Source of the DNA: the human T2T-CHM13v2.0 reference genome, Homo sapiens
DNA: 64,000 nucleotides
Direction: 5' to 3' (one strand)
NCBI RefSeq assembly: GCF_009914755.1
Contig: NC_060933.1
Made by a program: the position numbers and the translations under genes. The notes beneath the pieces were generated by a model. It saw only the letters and a list, made by a program, of their open reading frames with translations, did no database searches and was not told the origin of the DNA. Of the stretch, positions 1-12,771 are shown one piece after another. Every line of letters begins with the position of its first letter. Position 1 is the first letter of the stretch.

Positions 1-3000
1 GGAATGGAATGGAATGCAATGGAATGGAATCTTCCGGAATGGAATGGAATGGAATGGAATGGAATGGAATGCAATGGATTCAACTCGATTGCAATGGAAT
101 GGAATAGAATGGAATGGAATGGAATGGAATTAAACCGAATAGAATGGAATGGAATGGAATGGAACGGAACAGAACGGAACGGAACGGAACGGAGTGGAAT
201 GGAATGGAATGGAATTGTATGGAATGGAATGGAATGGTACGGAATAGAATGGAATGGAAAGAAATGGAATGGAATGGAATGGAATGCCTTCAAACCGAAT
301 GGAATGGAAAGGAATGGAATCAACACGAGTGGAATGGAATGGAATGGAATGGAATGGAATGGAATGGAATGGAATGGAATGATACGGAATAGAATGGAAT
401 GGAACGAAATGGAATGTAATGTAATGGAATGGAATGGAATGGAATGGAATGGAATGGAATGGAATCGTTCCGAGTGGAATAGGAGGGAATGTATTCGAGT
501 GGAATGGAAAGGAATGGAATCAACCAGAGTGGAATGGAAGGGAATGGAATGGAATGGAAACTAATAGAATGGAATCAACCCGAGTGGAATGGAATGGAAT
601 GGAATGGAATGGAATGGAATGGAATGGAATGGAATTAATCCGAATAGAATGGAATGGAATGGAATGGAACGGAATGGAAAGGAATGGAATGGAATGGAAT
701 GGAATGGAATGGAATGGAATCAACGTGAGTGCAGGGGAATGTAATGGAATCGAATGGAATGGAATGGAATGGAATGGAATCAACCCGAGTGCAGGGGTAT
801 GTAATGGAACGGAATGCAATGGAATGGAATCATCCGGAATGGAATGGAATGGAATGGAATGGAATCAACCCGAGGGCAATGTAATGTAATGGAGAGTAAG
901 GGAGTTGAAAAGAATCAATCCGAATGTAATGGAATGGAATGGAACGGAATGGAATGGAATGGAATGGAATGGAATGGAATGGAATGCAATGGAATGGAAT
1001 CAACCCGAGTACAATGGAATGGAATGGAATGGAATGGAATGGAATGGAATGGAATGGAATGGAATGAAATGGAATCAACGCGAGTGCAGGGGAATGGAAT
1101 GGAATGGAATGCAATGGAATGGAATCTTCTGGAATGGAATGGAATGGAATGGAATGGAAAGAAATGCAATGGATTCAACTCGATTGCAACGGAATGGAAT
1201 AGAATGGAATGGAAAAGAATGGAATGGAATTAATCCGAATAGAATGGAATGGAATGGAATGGAACGGAATGGAACGGAATGGAATGGAATGGAATGTAAT
1301 GGAATGGTATGGAATGGAATGGAATGGAATGGAATGCAATGGAATGGAATCAACCCGAGTACAATGGAATGGAATGGAATGGAATGGAGTGGAATGGAAT
1401 GGAATGGAATGGAATGGAATGGAATGGAATGGAATGCAATGGATTCAACTCGATTGCAATGGAATGGAATAGAATGGAATGGAATGGAATGGAATCTAAT
1501 GGAATTAAACCGAATAGAATGGAATGGAATGGAATGGAACGGAACAGAACGGAACGGAACGGAACGGAGTGGCATGGAATGGAATGGAATTGTATGGAAT
1601 GGAATGGAATGGTACGGAATAGAATGGAATGGAAAGAATAGGAATGGAATGGAATCGAATGGAATGGAATGGAATGGAATGGAATCAACCCGAGTGCAGG
1701 GGAATGTAATGGAACGGAATGCAATGGAATGGAATCATCCGGAATGGAATGGAATGGAATGGAATGGAATGGAATGGAATGGAATCAACCCGAGTGCAAT
1801 GGAATGGAGTGGAATGGAATGGAATGGAATGGAACAACACGAATGGAATGGAATGTAATGGAGAGTAAGGGAGTTGAATAGAATCAATCCGAATGTAATG
1901 GAATGGAACGGAATGGAATGAAATAGAATGGAATGGAATGGAATGGAATGCAATGGAATGGAATCAACCCGAGTACAATGGAACGGAATGTAATGTAATG
2001 TAATGGAATGGAATGGAATGGAATGGAATGGAATGGAATGGAATGGAATGGAATCAACCCGAGTGCAATGGAATGGAGAGGAATGGAATGGAATTGAATG
2101 GAAACTACCCGAATGGAATGGAATGTAAGGGAGTGTAAGGGAATTGAATGGAATCAATCCGAATGGAATGGAATGGAATGGAACGGAATGCAATGTAATG
2201 GAATGGAATGGAATCAACCCGAGTGCAGGGGAATGGAATGGAATGGAATGCAATGGAATGGAATCATCCGGAATGGAATGGAATGCAATGCAATGGAATG
2301 GAATGGAATGGAATCAAACTGAGTGCAATGGAATGGAGTGAAATGGAATGGAATGGAATGGAGACAACCAGAATGGATTGGAATATAATGGAGTGTAAGG
2401 GAATTGAATAGAATCAATCTGAATGTAATGAAATGGAATGGAACGGAATGGAATGGAATGGAATGGAATGGAATGGAATGCAATGCAATGGAATGGAATC
2501 AACCCGAGTGCAATCGAATGGAATCGAATGGAATGGAATGCAATGGAATGGATTCAACTTGAATGGAATGGAAAGAATGGAATCAACACGAGTGGAATGG
2601 CATGGATTGGAATGGAATGGAATGGAATCAACCCGAGTATAGGGGAATGGAATGGAATGGAATGCAATGGAATGGAATCATCCGTAATGGAATGGAAAGG
2701 AATGGAATGGAATGGAATGGAATGGAATGGAATGGAATCAACTCGATTGCAATCGAATGGAATGGAATGGAATTAACCCGAATAGAATGGAATGGAATGG
2801 AATGGAACGGAACGGAATGGAATGGAATGGAATGGAATGGAATGGAATGGAATGGAACGGAAAGGAAGGGAATGGAATGGAATAGAATGGAATGGAATGG
2901 AATCATCGCGAGTGCAGGGGAATGGAATGGAATGGAATGCAATGGAATGGAATCTTCCGGAATGGAATGGAATGGAATGGAATGGAATGGAATGGAATCA

Positions 3001-6000
3001 ACCCGAGAGCAATGGAATGGAGTGGAATGGAATGGAATGGAATGGAACAACCCGAATGGAATGGAATGTAATGGAGAGTAAGGGAGTTGAATAGAATCAA
3101 TCCGAATATAATGGAATGGAATGGAACGGAATGGAATTGAATGGAATGGAATGGAATGCAATGGAATGGAATCAACCCGAGTGCAATGGAATGGAGAGGA
3201 ATGGAATGGAATGGAATGGAAACTAGCAGAATGGAATGGAATGTAATGGAGTATAAGGGAATTGAATAGAATCAATCCGAATATAATGGAATGGAATGGA
3301 ACGGAATGGAATGGAATGGAATGGAATGGAATGGAATGGAATGGAATGCAATGGAATGGAATCAACCCAAGCGCAATCGAATGGAATCGAATGGAATGGA
3401 ATGCAATGGAATGGATTCAACTTGAATGGAATGGAAAGAATGGAATCAACACGAGTGGAATGGCATGGATTGGAATGGAATGGAATGGAATCAACCCGAG
3501 TACAGGGGAATGGAATGGAATGGAATGCAATGGAATGGAATCATCCGTAATGGAAAGGAAAGGAATGGAATGGAATGGAATGGAATGGAATGGAATGGAA
3601 TGGAATCAACTCGATTGCAATCGAATGGAATGGAATGGAATTAACCCGAATAGAATGGAATGGAATGGAATGGAACGGAACGGAATGGAATGGAATGGAA
3701 TGGAATGGAATGGAATGGAATGGAATGGAACGGAACGGAATGGAATGGAATGGAATCAACGCGAGTGCAGGGGAATGGAATGGAATGGAATGCAATGGAA
3801 TGGAATCTTCCGGAATGGAATGGAATGGAATGGAATGGAATGAAATGCAATGGATTCAACTCGATTGCAATGGAATGGAATAGAATGGAATGGAATGGAA
3901 TGGAATGGAATTAATTCGAATAGAATGGAATGGAAAGGAATGGAACGGAATGGAACGGAATGGAATGGAATGCAATGGAATGGAATGGTATGGAATGGAA
4001 TGGAATGGTACGGAATAGAATGGAATGGAACGAATTGTAATGGAATGGAATGGAATGGAATGGAATGGAATGGAATCAACGCGATTGCAGGGGAATGTAA
4101 TAGAACGGAATGCAATGGAATGGAATCATCCGGAATGGAATGGAATGGAATGGAATGGAATGGAATGTAATCAACCCGAGTGCAATGGAATGGAGTGGGA
4201 TGGAATGGAATGGAATGGAATGGAACAACCCGAATGGAATGGAATGTAATGGAGAGTAAGGGAGTTGAATAGAATCAATCCGAATGTAATGGAATGGAAT
4301 GCAACGGAATGGAATGGAATGGAATGGAATGGAATGCAATGGAATTGAATCAACCCGAGTACAATGGAATGGAATGGAATGGAATGGAATGGAATGATAC
4401 GGAATAGAATGGAATGGAACGAAATGGAATTGAATGGAATGGAATGGAATGGAATGGAATGGAATGGAATCGTTCCGAGTGGAATAGGAGGGAATGTATT
4501 CCAGTGGAATGGAAAGGAATGGAATCAACCAGAGTGGAAAGGAAGGGAATGGAATGGAATGGAAACTAATAGAATGGAATCAACCCGAGAGGAATGGAAT
4601 GGAAAGGACTGGAATGGAATGGAATGGAATGGAATGGAATCAACTCAATTGTAATGGAATGGAATGGAATGGAATGGAATGGAATGGAATGGAATGGAAT
4701 GGAATTAACCCGAATACAATGCAATGGAATGGAATGGAACGGAATGGAGTGGAATGGAATGGAATCAACCCGAGTGCAGGGGAATGGAATGGAATGGAAT
4801 GCAATGGAATGGAATCATCCGGAATGGAATGGAATGGAATGGAATGCAAAGCAATGGAATCAACTCGATTGCAATGGAATGGAATGGAATGGAAAGGAAT
4901 ACATTGGAATCAACCCGAGTGGAATGGAATGGAAAGGACTGGAATGGAGTGGAATTGAATGGAATGGAATGGAATGGAATCAACTCGATTGGAATGGAAT
5001 GGAATGGAATGGAATGGAATGGAATTAACCCGAATAGAATGGAATGGAATGGAATGGAACGGAACGGAACGGAATGGAATGGAATGGAATGGAATGGAAT
5101 GGAATGGAATGGAATCAACGCGAGTGCAGGGGAATGGAATGGAATGGAATGCAATGGAATGGAATCTTCCGGAATGGAATGGAATGAAATGGAATGGAAT
5201 GGAATGGAATGGAATAAACCCGAGTGCAATGGAATGGAGTGGAATGGAATGGAATGGAATGGAACAACCCGAATGGAATGGAATGTAATGGAGAGTAAGG
5301 GAGTTGAATAGAATCAATCCGAATGTAATGGAATGGAATGGAACGGAATGGAATTGAATGGAATGGAATGGAATGCAATGGAATGGAATCAACCCGAGTT
5401 CAATGGAATGGAGAGGAATGGAATGGAATGGAATGGAAACTACCCGAATGGAATGGAATGTAATGGAGTGTAAGGGAATTGAATAGAATCAATCCGAATG
5501 TAATGGAATGGAATGGAACGGAATGGAATGGAATGGAATGGAATGGAATTCAATGGAATGGAATGCAATGGAATGGAATCAACCCGAGTGCAATCGAATG
5601 GAATCGAATGGAATGGAATGCAATGGAATGGATTCAACTTGAATGGAATGGAAAGAATGGAATCAACACGAGTGGAATGGCATGGATTGGAATGGAAAGG
5701 AATGGAATCAACCCGAGTATAGGGGAATGGAATGGAATGGAATGCAATGGAATGGAATCATCCGTAATGGAATGGAAAGGAATGGAATGGAATGGAATGG
5801 AATGGAATGGAATGGAATCAACTCGATTGCAATCGAAAGGAATGGAATGGAATTAACCCGAATAGAATGGAATGGAAAAGAATGGAACGGAACGGAATGG
5901 AATGGAATGGAATGGAACGGAAAGGAAGGGAATGGAATGAAATAGAATGGAATGGAATGGAATCAACGCGAGTGCAGAGGAATGCAATGGAATGGAATGC

Positions 6001-9000
6001 AATGGAATGGAATCTTCCGGAATGGAATGGAATGGAATGGAATGGAATGGAATGGAATGGAATCAACCCGAGTGCAATGGAATGGAGTGGAATGGAATGG
6101 AATGGAATGGAACAACCCAAATGGAATGGAATGTAATGGAGAGTAAGGGAGTTGAATAGAATCAATCCGAATATAATGGAATGGAATGGAACGGAATGGA
6201 ATTGAATGGAATGGAATGGAATGCAATGGAATGGAATCAACCCGAGTGCAATGGAATGGAGAGGAATGGAATGGAATGGAATGGAATCTACCCGAATGGA
6301 ATGGAATTTAATGGAGTGTAAGGGAATTGAATAGAATCAATCCGAATGTAATGGAATGGAATGGAACAGAATGGAATGGAATGGAATGGAATGCAATGGA
6401 ATGGAATCAACCCGAGTGCAATAGAATGGAATCGAATGGAATGGAATGCAATGGAATGGATTCAACTTGAATGGAATGGAAAGAATGGAATCAACACGAG
6501 TGGAATGGCATGGATTGGAATGGAATGGAATGGAATCAACCCGAGTACAGGGGAATGGAATGGAATGGAATGCAATGGAATGGAATCATCCGTAATGGAA
6601 TGCAAAGGAATGGAATGGAATGGAATGGAATGGAATGGAATGGAATGGAATCAACTCGATTGCAATCGAATGGAATGGAATGGAATTAACACGAATAGAA
6701 TGGAATGGAATGGAATGGAACGGAACGGAATGGAATGGAATGGAATGGAATGGAATGGAACGGAACGGAACGGAATGGAATGGAATGGAATGGAATGGAA
6801 TGGAATCAACGCGAGTGCAGGGGAATGGAATGGAATGGAATGCAATGGAATGGAATCTTCCGGAATGGAATGGAATTTAATGGAATGGAATGGAATGGAA
6901 TGGAATGAAATGGAATGGAATGGAATCAACGCGATTGCAGGGGAATGGAATGGAATGGAATGCAATGGAATGGAATCTTCAGGAATGAAATGGAATGGAA
7001 TGGAATGGAATGGAATAAACCCGAGTGCAATGGAATGGAGTGGAATGGAATGGAATGCAATGGAACAACCCGAATGGAATGGAATGTAATGGAGAGTAAG
7101 GGAGTTGAATAGAATCAATCCGAATATAATGGAATGGAATGGAACGGAATGGAATTGAATGGAATGGAATGGAATGCAATAGAATGGAATCAACCCGAGT
7201 GCAATGGAATGGAGAGGAATGGAATGGAATGGAATGAAAACTACCCGAATGGAATGGAATGTAATGGAGTGTAAGGGAATTGAAAAGAATCAATCCGAAT
7301 GTAATGGAATGGAATGGAACGGAATGGAAGGGAATGGAATGGAATGGAATGGAATGCAATGGAATGGAATCAACCCGAGTGCAATCGAATGGAATCGAAT
7401 GGAATGGAATGCAATGGAATGGATTCAACTTGAATGGAATGGAAAGAATGCAATCAACACGAGTGGAATGGCATGGATTGGAATGGAATGGAATGGAGTC
7501 AACCCGAGTACAGGGGAATGGAATGGAATGGAATGCAATGGAATGCAATCATGTGTAATGGAATGGAAAGGAATGGAATGGAATGGAATGGAATGGAATG
7601 GAATGGAATCAACTCGATTGCAATCGAATGGAATGGAATGGAATTAACCCGAATAGAATGGAATGGAATGGAATGGAACGGAATGGAATGGAATGGAATG
7701 GAATGGAATGGAACGGAATGGAATGGAATGGAATGGAATGGAATCAACGCGAGTGCAGGGCAATGGAATGGAATGGAATGAAATGGAATGGAATCTTCCG
7801 GAATGGAATGGAATGGAATGGAATGGAATGAAATGCACTGGATTCAACTCGATTGCAATGGAATGGAATAGAATGGAATGGAATGGAATGGAATGGAATT
7901 AATCCGAATAGAATGGAATGGAATGGAATGGAACGGAATGGAACGGAATGGAATGGAATGGAATGGAATGGAACGGTATGGAATGGAGTGGAATGGTACG
8001 GAATAGAATGGAATGGAACGATTTGTAATGGAATGGAATTGAATGGAATGGAATGGAATGGAATGGAATCAACGCGAGTGCAGGGGAATGTAATGGAACG
8101 GAATGCAATGGAATGGAATCATCCGGAATGGAATGGAATAGAATGGAATGGAATGGAATGGAATGGAATGGAATGGAATCAACCCGAGTGCAATTGAATG
8201 GAGTGGAATGGAATGGAATGGAACAACCCCAATGGAATGGAATGTAATGGAGAGTAAGGGAGTTGAATAGAATCAATCCGAATGTAATGGAATGGAATGC
8301 AACGGAATGGAATGGAATGGAATGCAATGGAATGCAATGGAATGGAATCAACCCGAGTACAATGGAATGGAATGGAATGGAATGGAATGGAATGGAATAG
8401 AATGGAATGGAATGGAATGATACGGAATAGAATGGAATGGAACGAATTGGAATGTAATGGAATGGAATGGAATGGAATGGAATGGAATCTTTCCGAGTGG
8501 AATAGGAGGGAATGTATTCGAGTGGAATGGAAAGGAATGGAATCAACCAGAGTGGAATGGAAGGGAATGGAATGGAATGGAATGCAATGCAATAGAATGG
8601 AATCAACCCGAGTGCAATCGAATGGAATCAAATGGAATGGAATGCAATGGAATGGATTCAACTTGAATGGAAAGGAAAGAATGGAATCAACACGAGTGGA
8701 ATGGCATGGATTGGAATGGAATGGAATGGAATCAACCCGAGTACAGGGGAATGTAATGGAATGGAATGCAATGGAATGGAATCATCAGTAATGGAATGGA
8801 AAGGAATGGAAAGGACTGGAATGGAATGGAATGGAATGGAATGGAATGGAATCAACTCGATTGCAATCGAATGTAATGGAATGGAATTAACCCGAATAGA
8901 ATGGAATGGAATGGAATGGAACGGAACGGAATGGAATGGAATGGAACGGAAAGGAATGGAATGGAATGGAATGGAACGGAATGGAATGGAATGGATTCAA

Positions 9001-12000
9001 CGCGAGTGCAGGGGAATGGAATGGAATCGAATGGAATGGAAAGGAATGGAATGGAATCAACCCGAGTGCAGGGGAACGTAATGGAACTGAATGCAATGGA
9101 ATGGAATCATCCGGAATGGAATGGAATGGAATGGAATGGAATCAACCCGAGTGCAATGGAATGGAGTGGAATGGAATGGAAAGGAATGGAACAACCCGAA
9201 TGGAATGGAATGTAATGGAGAGTAAGGGAGTTGAAAAGAATCAATCCGAATGTAATGGAATGGAATGGAACGTAAAGGAATGGAATGGAATGGAATAGAA
9301 TGCAATGGAAAGGAATCAACCCGAGTACAATGGAATGGAATGGAATGGAATGGAATGGAATGGAATGGAATGCAATGGAATGGAATCTTCCGGAATTGAA
9401 TGGAATGGAATGGAATAGAATGGAATGGAATCAACTCGATTGGAATGGAATGGAATGGAATTAACCCGAATAGAATGGAATGGAATGGAATGGAACGGAA
9501 CGGAACGGAATGGAATGGAATGGAATGGAATGGAATGGAATGGAATGGAATCAACCCGACTGCAGGGGAATGGAATGGAATGGAATGCAATGGAATGGAT
9601 TCATCTTGAATGGAATGGAAAGAATGGAATCAACACGAGTGGAATGGCATGGATTAGAATGGAATGGAATGGAATCAACCAGAGTATAGGGGAATGGAAT
9701 GGAATGGAATGCAATGGAATGGAATCATCCGTAATGGAATGGAAAGGAATGGAATCGAATGGAATGGAATGGAATGGAATGGAATGGAATCAACTCGATT
9801 GCAATCGAATGGAATGGAATGGAATTAACCCGAATAGAATGGAATGGAATGGAATGGAACGGAACGGAATGGAATGGAATGGAATGGAATGGAATGGAAC
9901 GGAAAGGAAGGGAATGGAATGGAATAGAATGGAATGGAATGGAATCAACGCGAGTGCAGGGGAATGGAATGGAATGGAATGCAATGGAATGGAATCTTCC
10001 GGAATGGAATGGAATGGAATGGAATGGAATGGAATGGAATCAACCCGAGTGCAATGGAATGGAGTGGAATGGAATGGAATGGAATGGAACAACCCGAATT
10101 GAATGGAATATAATGGAGACTAAGGGAGTTGAATAGAATCAATCCGAATGTAATGGAATGGAATGGAACGGAATGGATTTGAATGGAATGGAATGGAATG
10201 CAATGGAATGGAATCAACCCGAGTGCAATGGAATGGAGAGGAATGGAATGGAATAGAATGGAAACTACCCGAATGGAATGGAATGTAATGGAGTGTAAAG
10301 GAATTGAATAGAATCAATCCGAATGTAATGGAATGGAATGGAACGGAATGGAATGGAATGGAATGGAATGCAATGGAATGGAATCAACCCGAGTGCAATC
10401 GAATGGAATCGAATGGAATGGAATGCAATGGAATGGATTCAACTTGAATGGAATGGAAAGAATGGAATCAACACGAGTGGAATGGCATGGATTGGAATGG
10501 AATGGAATGGAATCAACCCTAGTACAGGGGAATGGAATGGAATGGAATGCAATGGAATGGAATCATCCGTAATGGAATGGAAAGGAATGGAATGGAATGG
10601 AATGGAATGGAATGGAATGGAATGGAATGGAATGGAATCAACTCGATTGCAATCGAATGGAATGGAATGGAATTAACCCGAATAGAATGGAATGGAATGG
10701 AATGGAATGGAACGGAATGGAATGGAATGGAATGCAATGGAACGGAACGGAATGGAATGGAATGGAATGGAATGGAATGGAATGGAATCAGCGCGAGTGC
10801 AGGGGAATGGAATGGAATGGAATGCAATGGAATGGAATCTTCCGGAATGGAATGGAATGGAATGGAATGGAATGAAATGCAATGGATTCAACTCGATTGC
10901 AATGGAATGGAATAGAATGGAATGGAATGGAATGGAAAGGAATTAATTCGAATAGAATGGAATGGAATGGAATGGAACGGAATGGAACGGAATGGAATGG
11001 AATGGAATGCAATGAAATGGTACGGAATAGAATGGAATGGAACGAATTGTAATGGAATGGAATTGAATTGAATTGAATGGAATCAACGCGAGTGCAGGGG
11101 AATGTAATGGAACGGAATGCAATGGAATGGAATCATCCGGAATGGAATGGAATGGAATGGAATGGAATGGAATGGAATGGAATCAACCCGAGTGCAATGG
11201 AATGGAGTGGAATGGAATGGAATGGAACAACCCGAATGGAATGGAATGTAATGGAGAGTAAGGGAGTTGAATAGAATCAATCCGAATGTAATGGAATGGA
11301 ATGCAACGGAATGGAATGGAATGGAATGGAATTAACCCGAATACAATGGAATGGAATGGAATGGAATGGAATGGAGTGGAATGGAATGGAATCAACCCGA
11401 GTGGAGGGGAATGGAATGGAATGGAATGCAATGGAATGGAATCATCCGGAATGGAATGGAATGGAATGGAATGGAATGCAAAGCAATGGAATCAACTCGA
11501 TTGCAATGGAATGCAATGGAATTTAAAGGAATACATTGGAATCAACCCGAGTGGAATGGAATGGAAAGGACTGGAATGGAGTGGAATGGAATGGAATGGA
11601 ATGGAATGGAATCAACTCGATTGGAATGGAATGGAATGGAATTAACCCGAATAGAATGGAATGGAATGGAATGGAACGGAACGGAACGGAATGGAATGGA
11701 ATGGAATGGAATGGAATGGAATGGAATCCACCCGACTGCAGGGGAATGGAATGGAATGGAATGCAATGGAATGGATACATCTTGAATGGAATGGAAAGAA
11801 TGGAATCAACACGAGTGGAATGGCATGGATTGGAATGGAATGGAATGGAATCAACCCGAGTACAGGGGAATGGAATGGAATGGAATGCAATGGAATGGAA
11901 TCATCCGTAATGGAATGGAAAGGAATGGAAAGGAATGGAATGGAATGGAATGGAATGGAATGGAATGGAATCAACTCGATTGCAATCGAATGGAATGGAA

Positions 12001-12771
12001 TGGAATTAACCCGAATAGAATGGAATGGAGTGGAATGGAATGGAACGGAATGGAATGGAATGGAATGGAATGGAATGGAATGGAACGGAAAGGAATGGAA
12101 TGGAATGGAATGGAATGGAATGGAATGGAATCAACGCGAGTGCAGGGGAATGGAATGGAATGGAATGCAGGGGAATGGAATGGAATGGAATGCAATGGAA
12201 TGGAATCTTCCGGAATGGAATGGAATGGAATGGAATGGAATGGAATGGAATGGAATGGAATAAACCCGAGTGCAATGGAATGGAGTGGAATGGAATGGAA
12301 TGGAATGGAACAACCCGAACGGAATGGAATGTAATGGAGAGGAAGGGAGTTGAATAGAATCAATCCGAATGTAATGGAATGGAATGGAACGGAACGGAAT
12401 TGAATGGAATGGAATGGAATGCAATGGAATGGAATCAACCCGAGTGCAATGAAATGGAGAGGAATGGAATGGAATGGAATGGAAACTACCCGAATGGAAT
12501 GGAATGTAATGGAGTGTAAGGGAATTGAATAGAATCAATCCGAATGTAATGTAATGGAATGGAATGGAATGGAATGGAATGGAATGGAATGCAATGGAAT
12601 GGAATCAACCCGAGTGCAATCGAATGGAATCGAATGGAATGGAATGCAATGGAATGGATTCAACTTGAATGGAATGGAAAGAATGGAATCAACACGAGTG
12701 GAAGGGCATGGATTGGAATGCAATGGAATGGAATCAACCCGAGTACAGGGGAATGGAATGGAATGGAATGC

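Noticed and set aside
466-545. G-quadruplex or promoter in the GGAATAGGAGGGAAT / GCAGGGG modules
   Set aside because: G3+ tracts are isolated and never four in close succession, and no core-promoter signal can be distinguished from the repeat.
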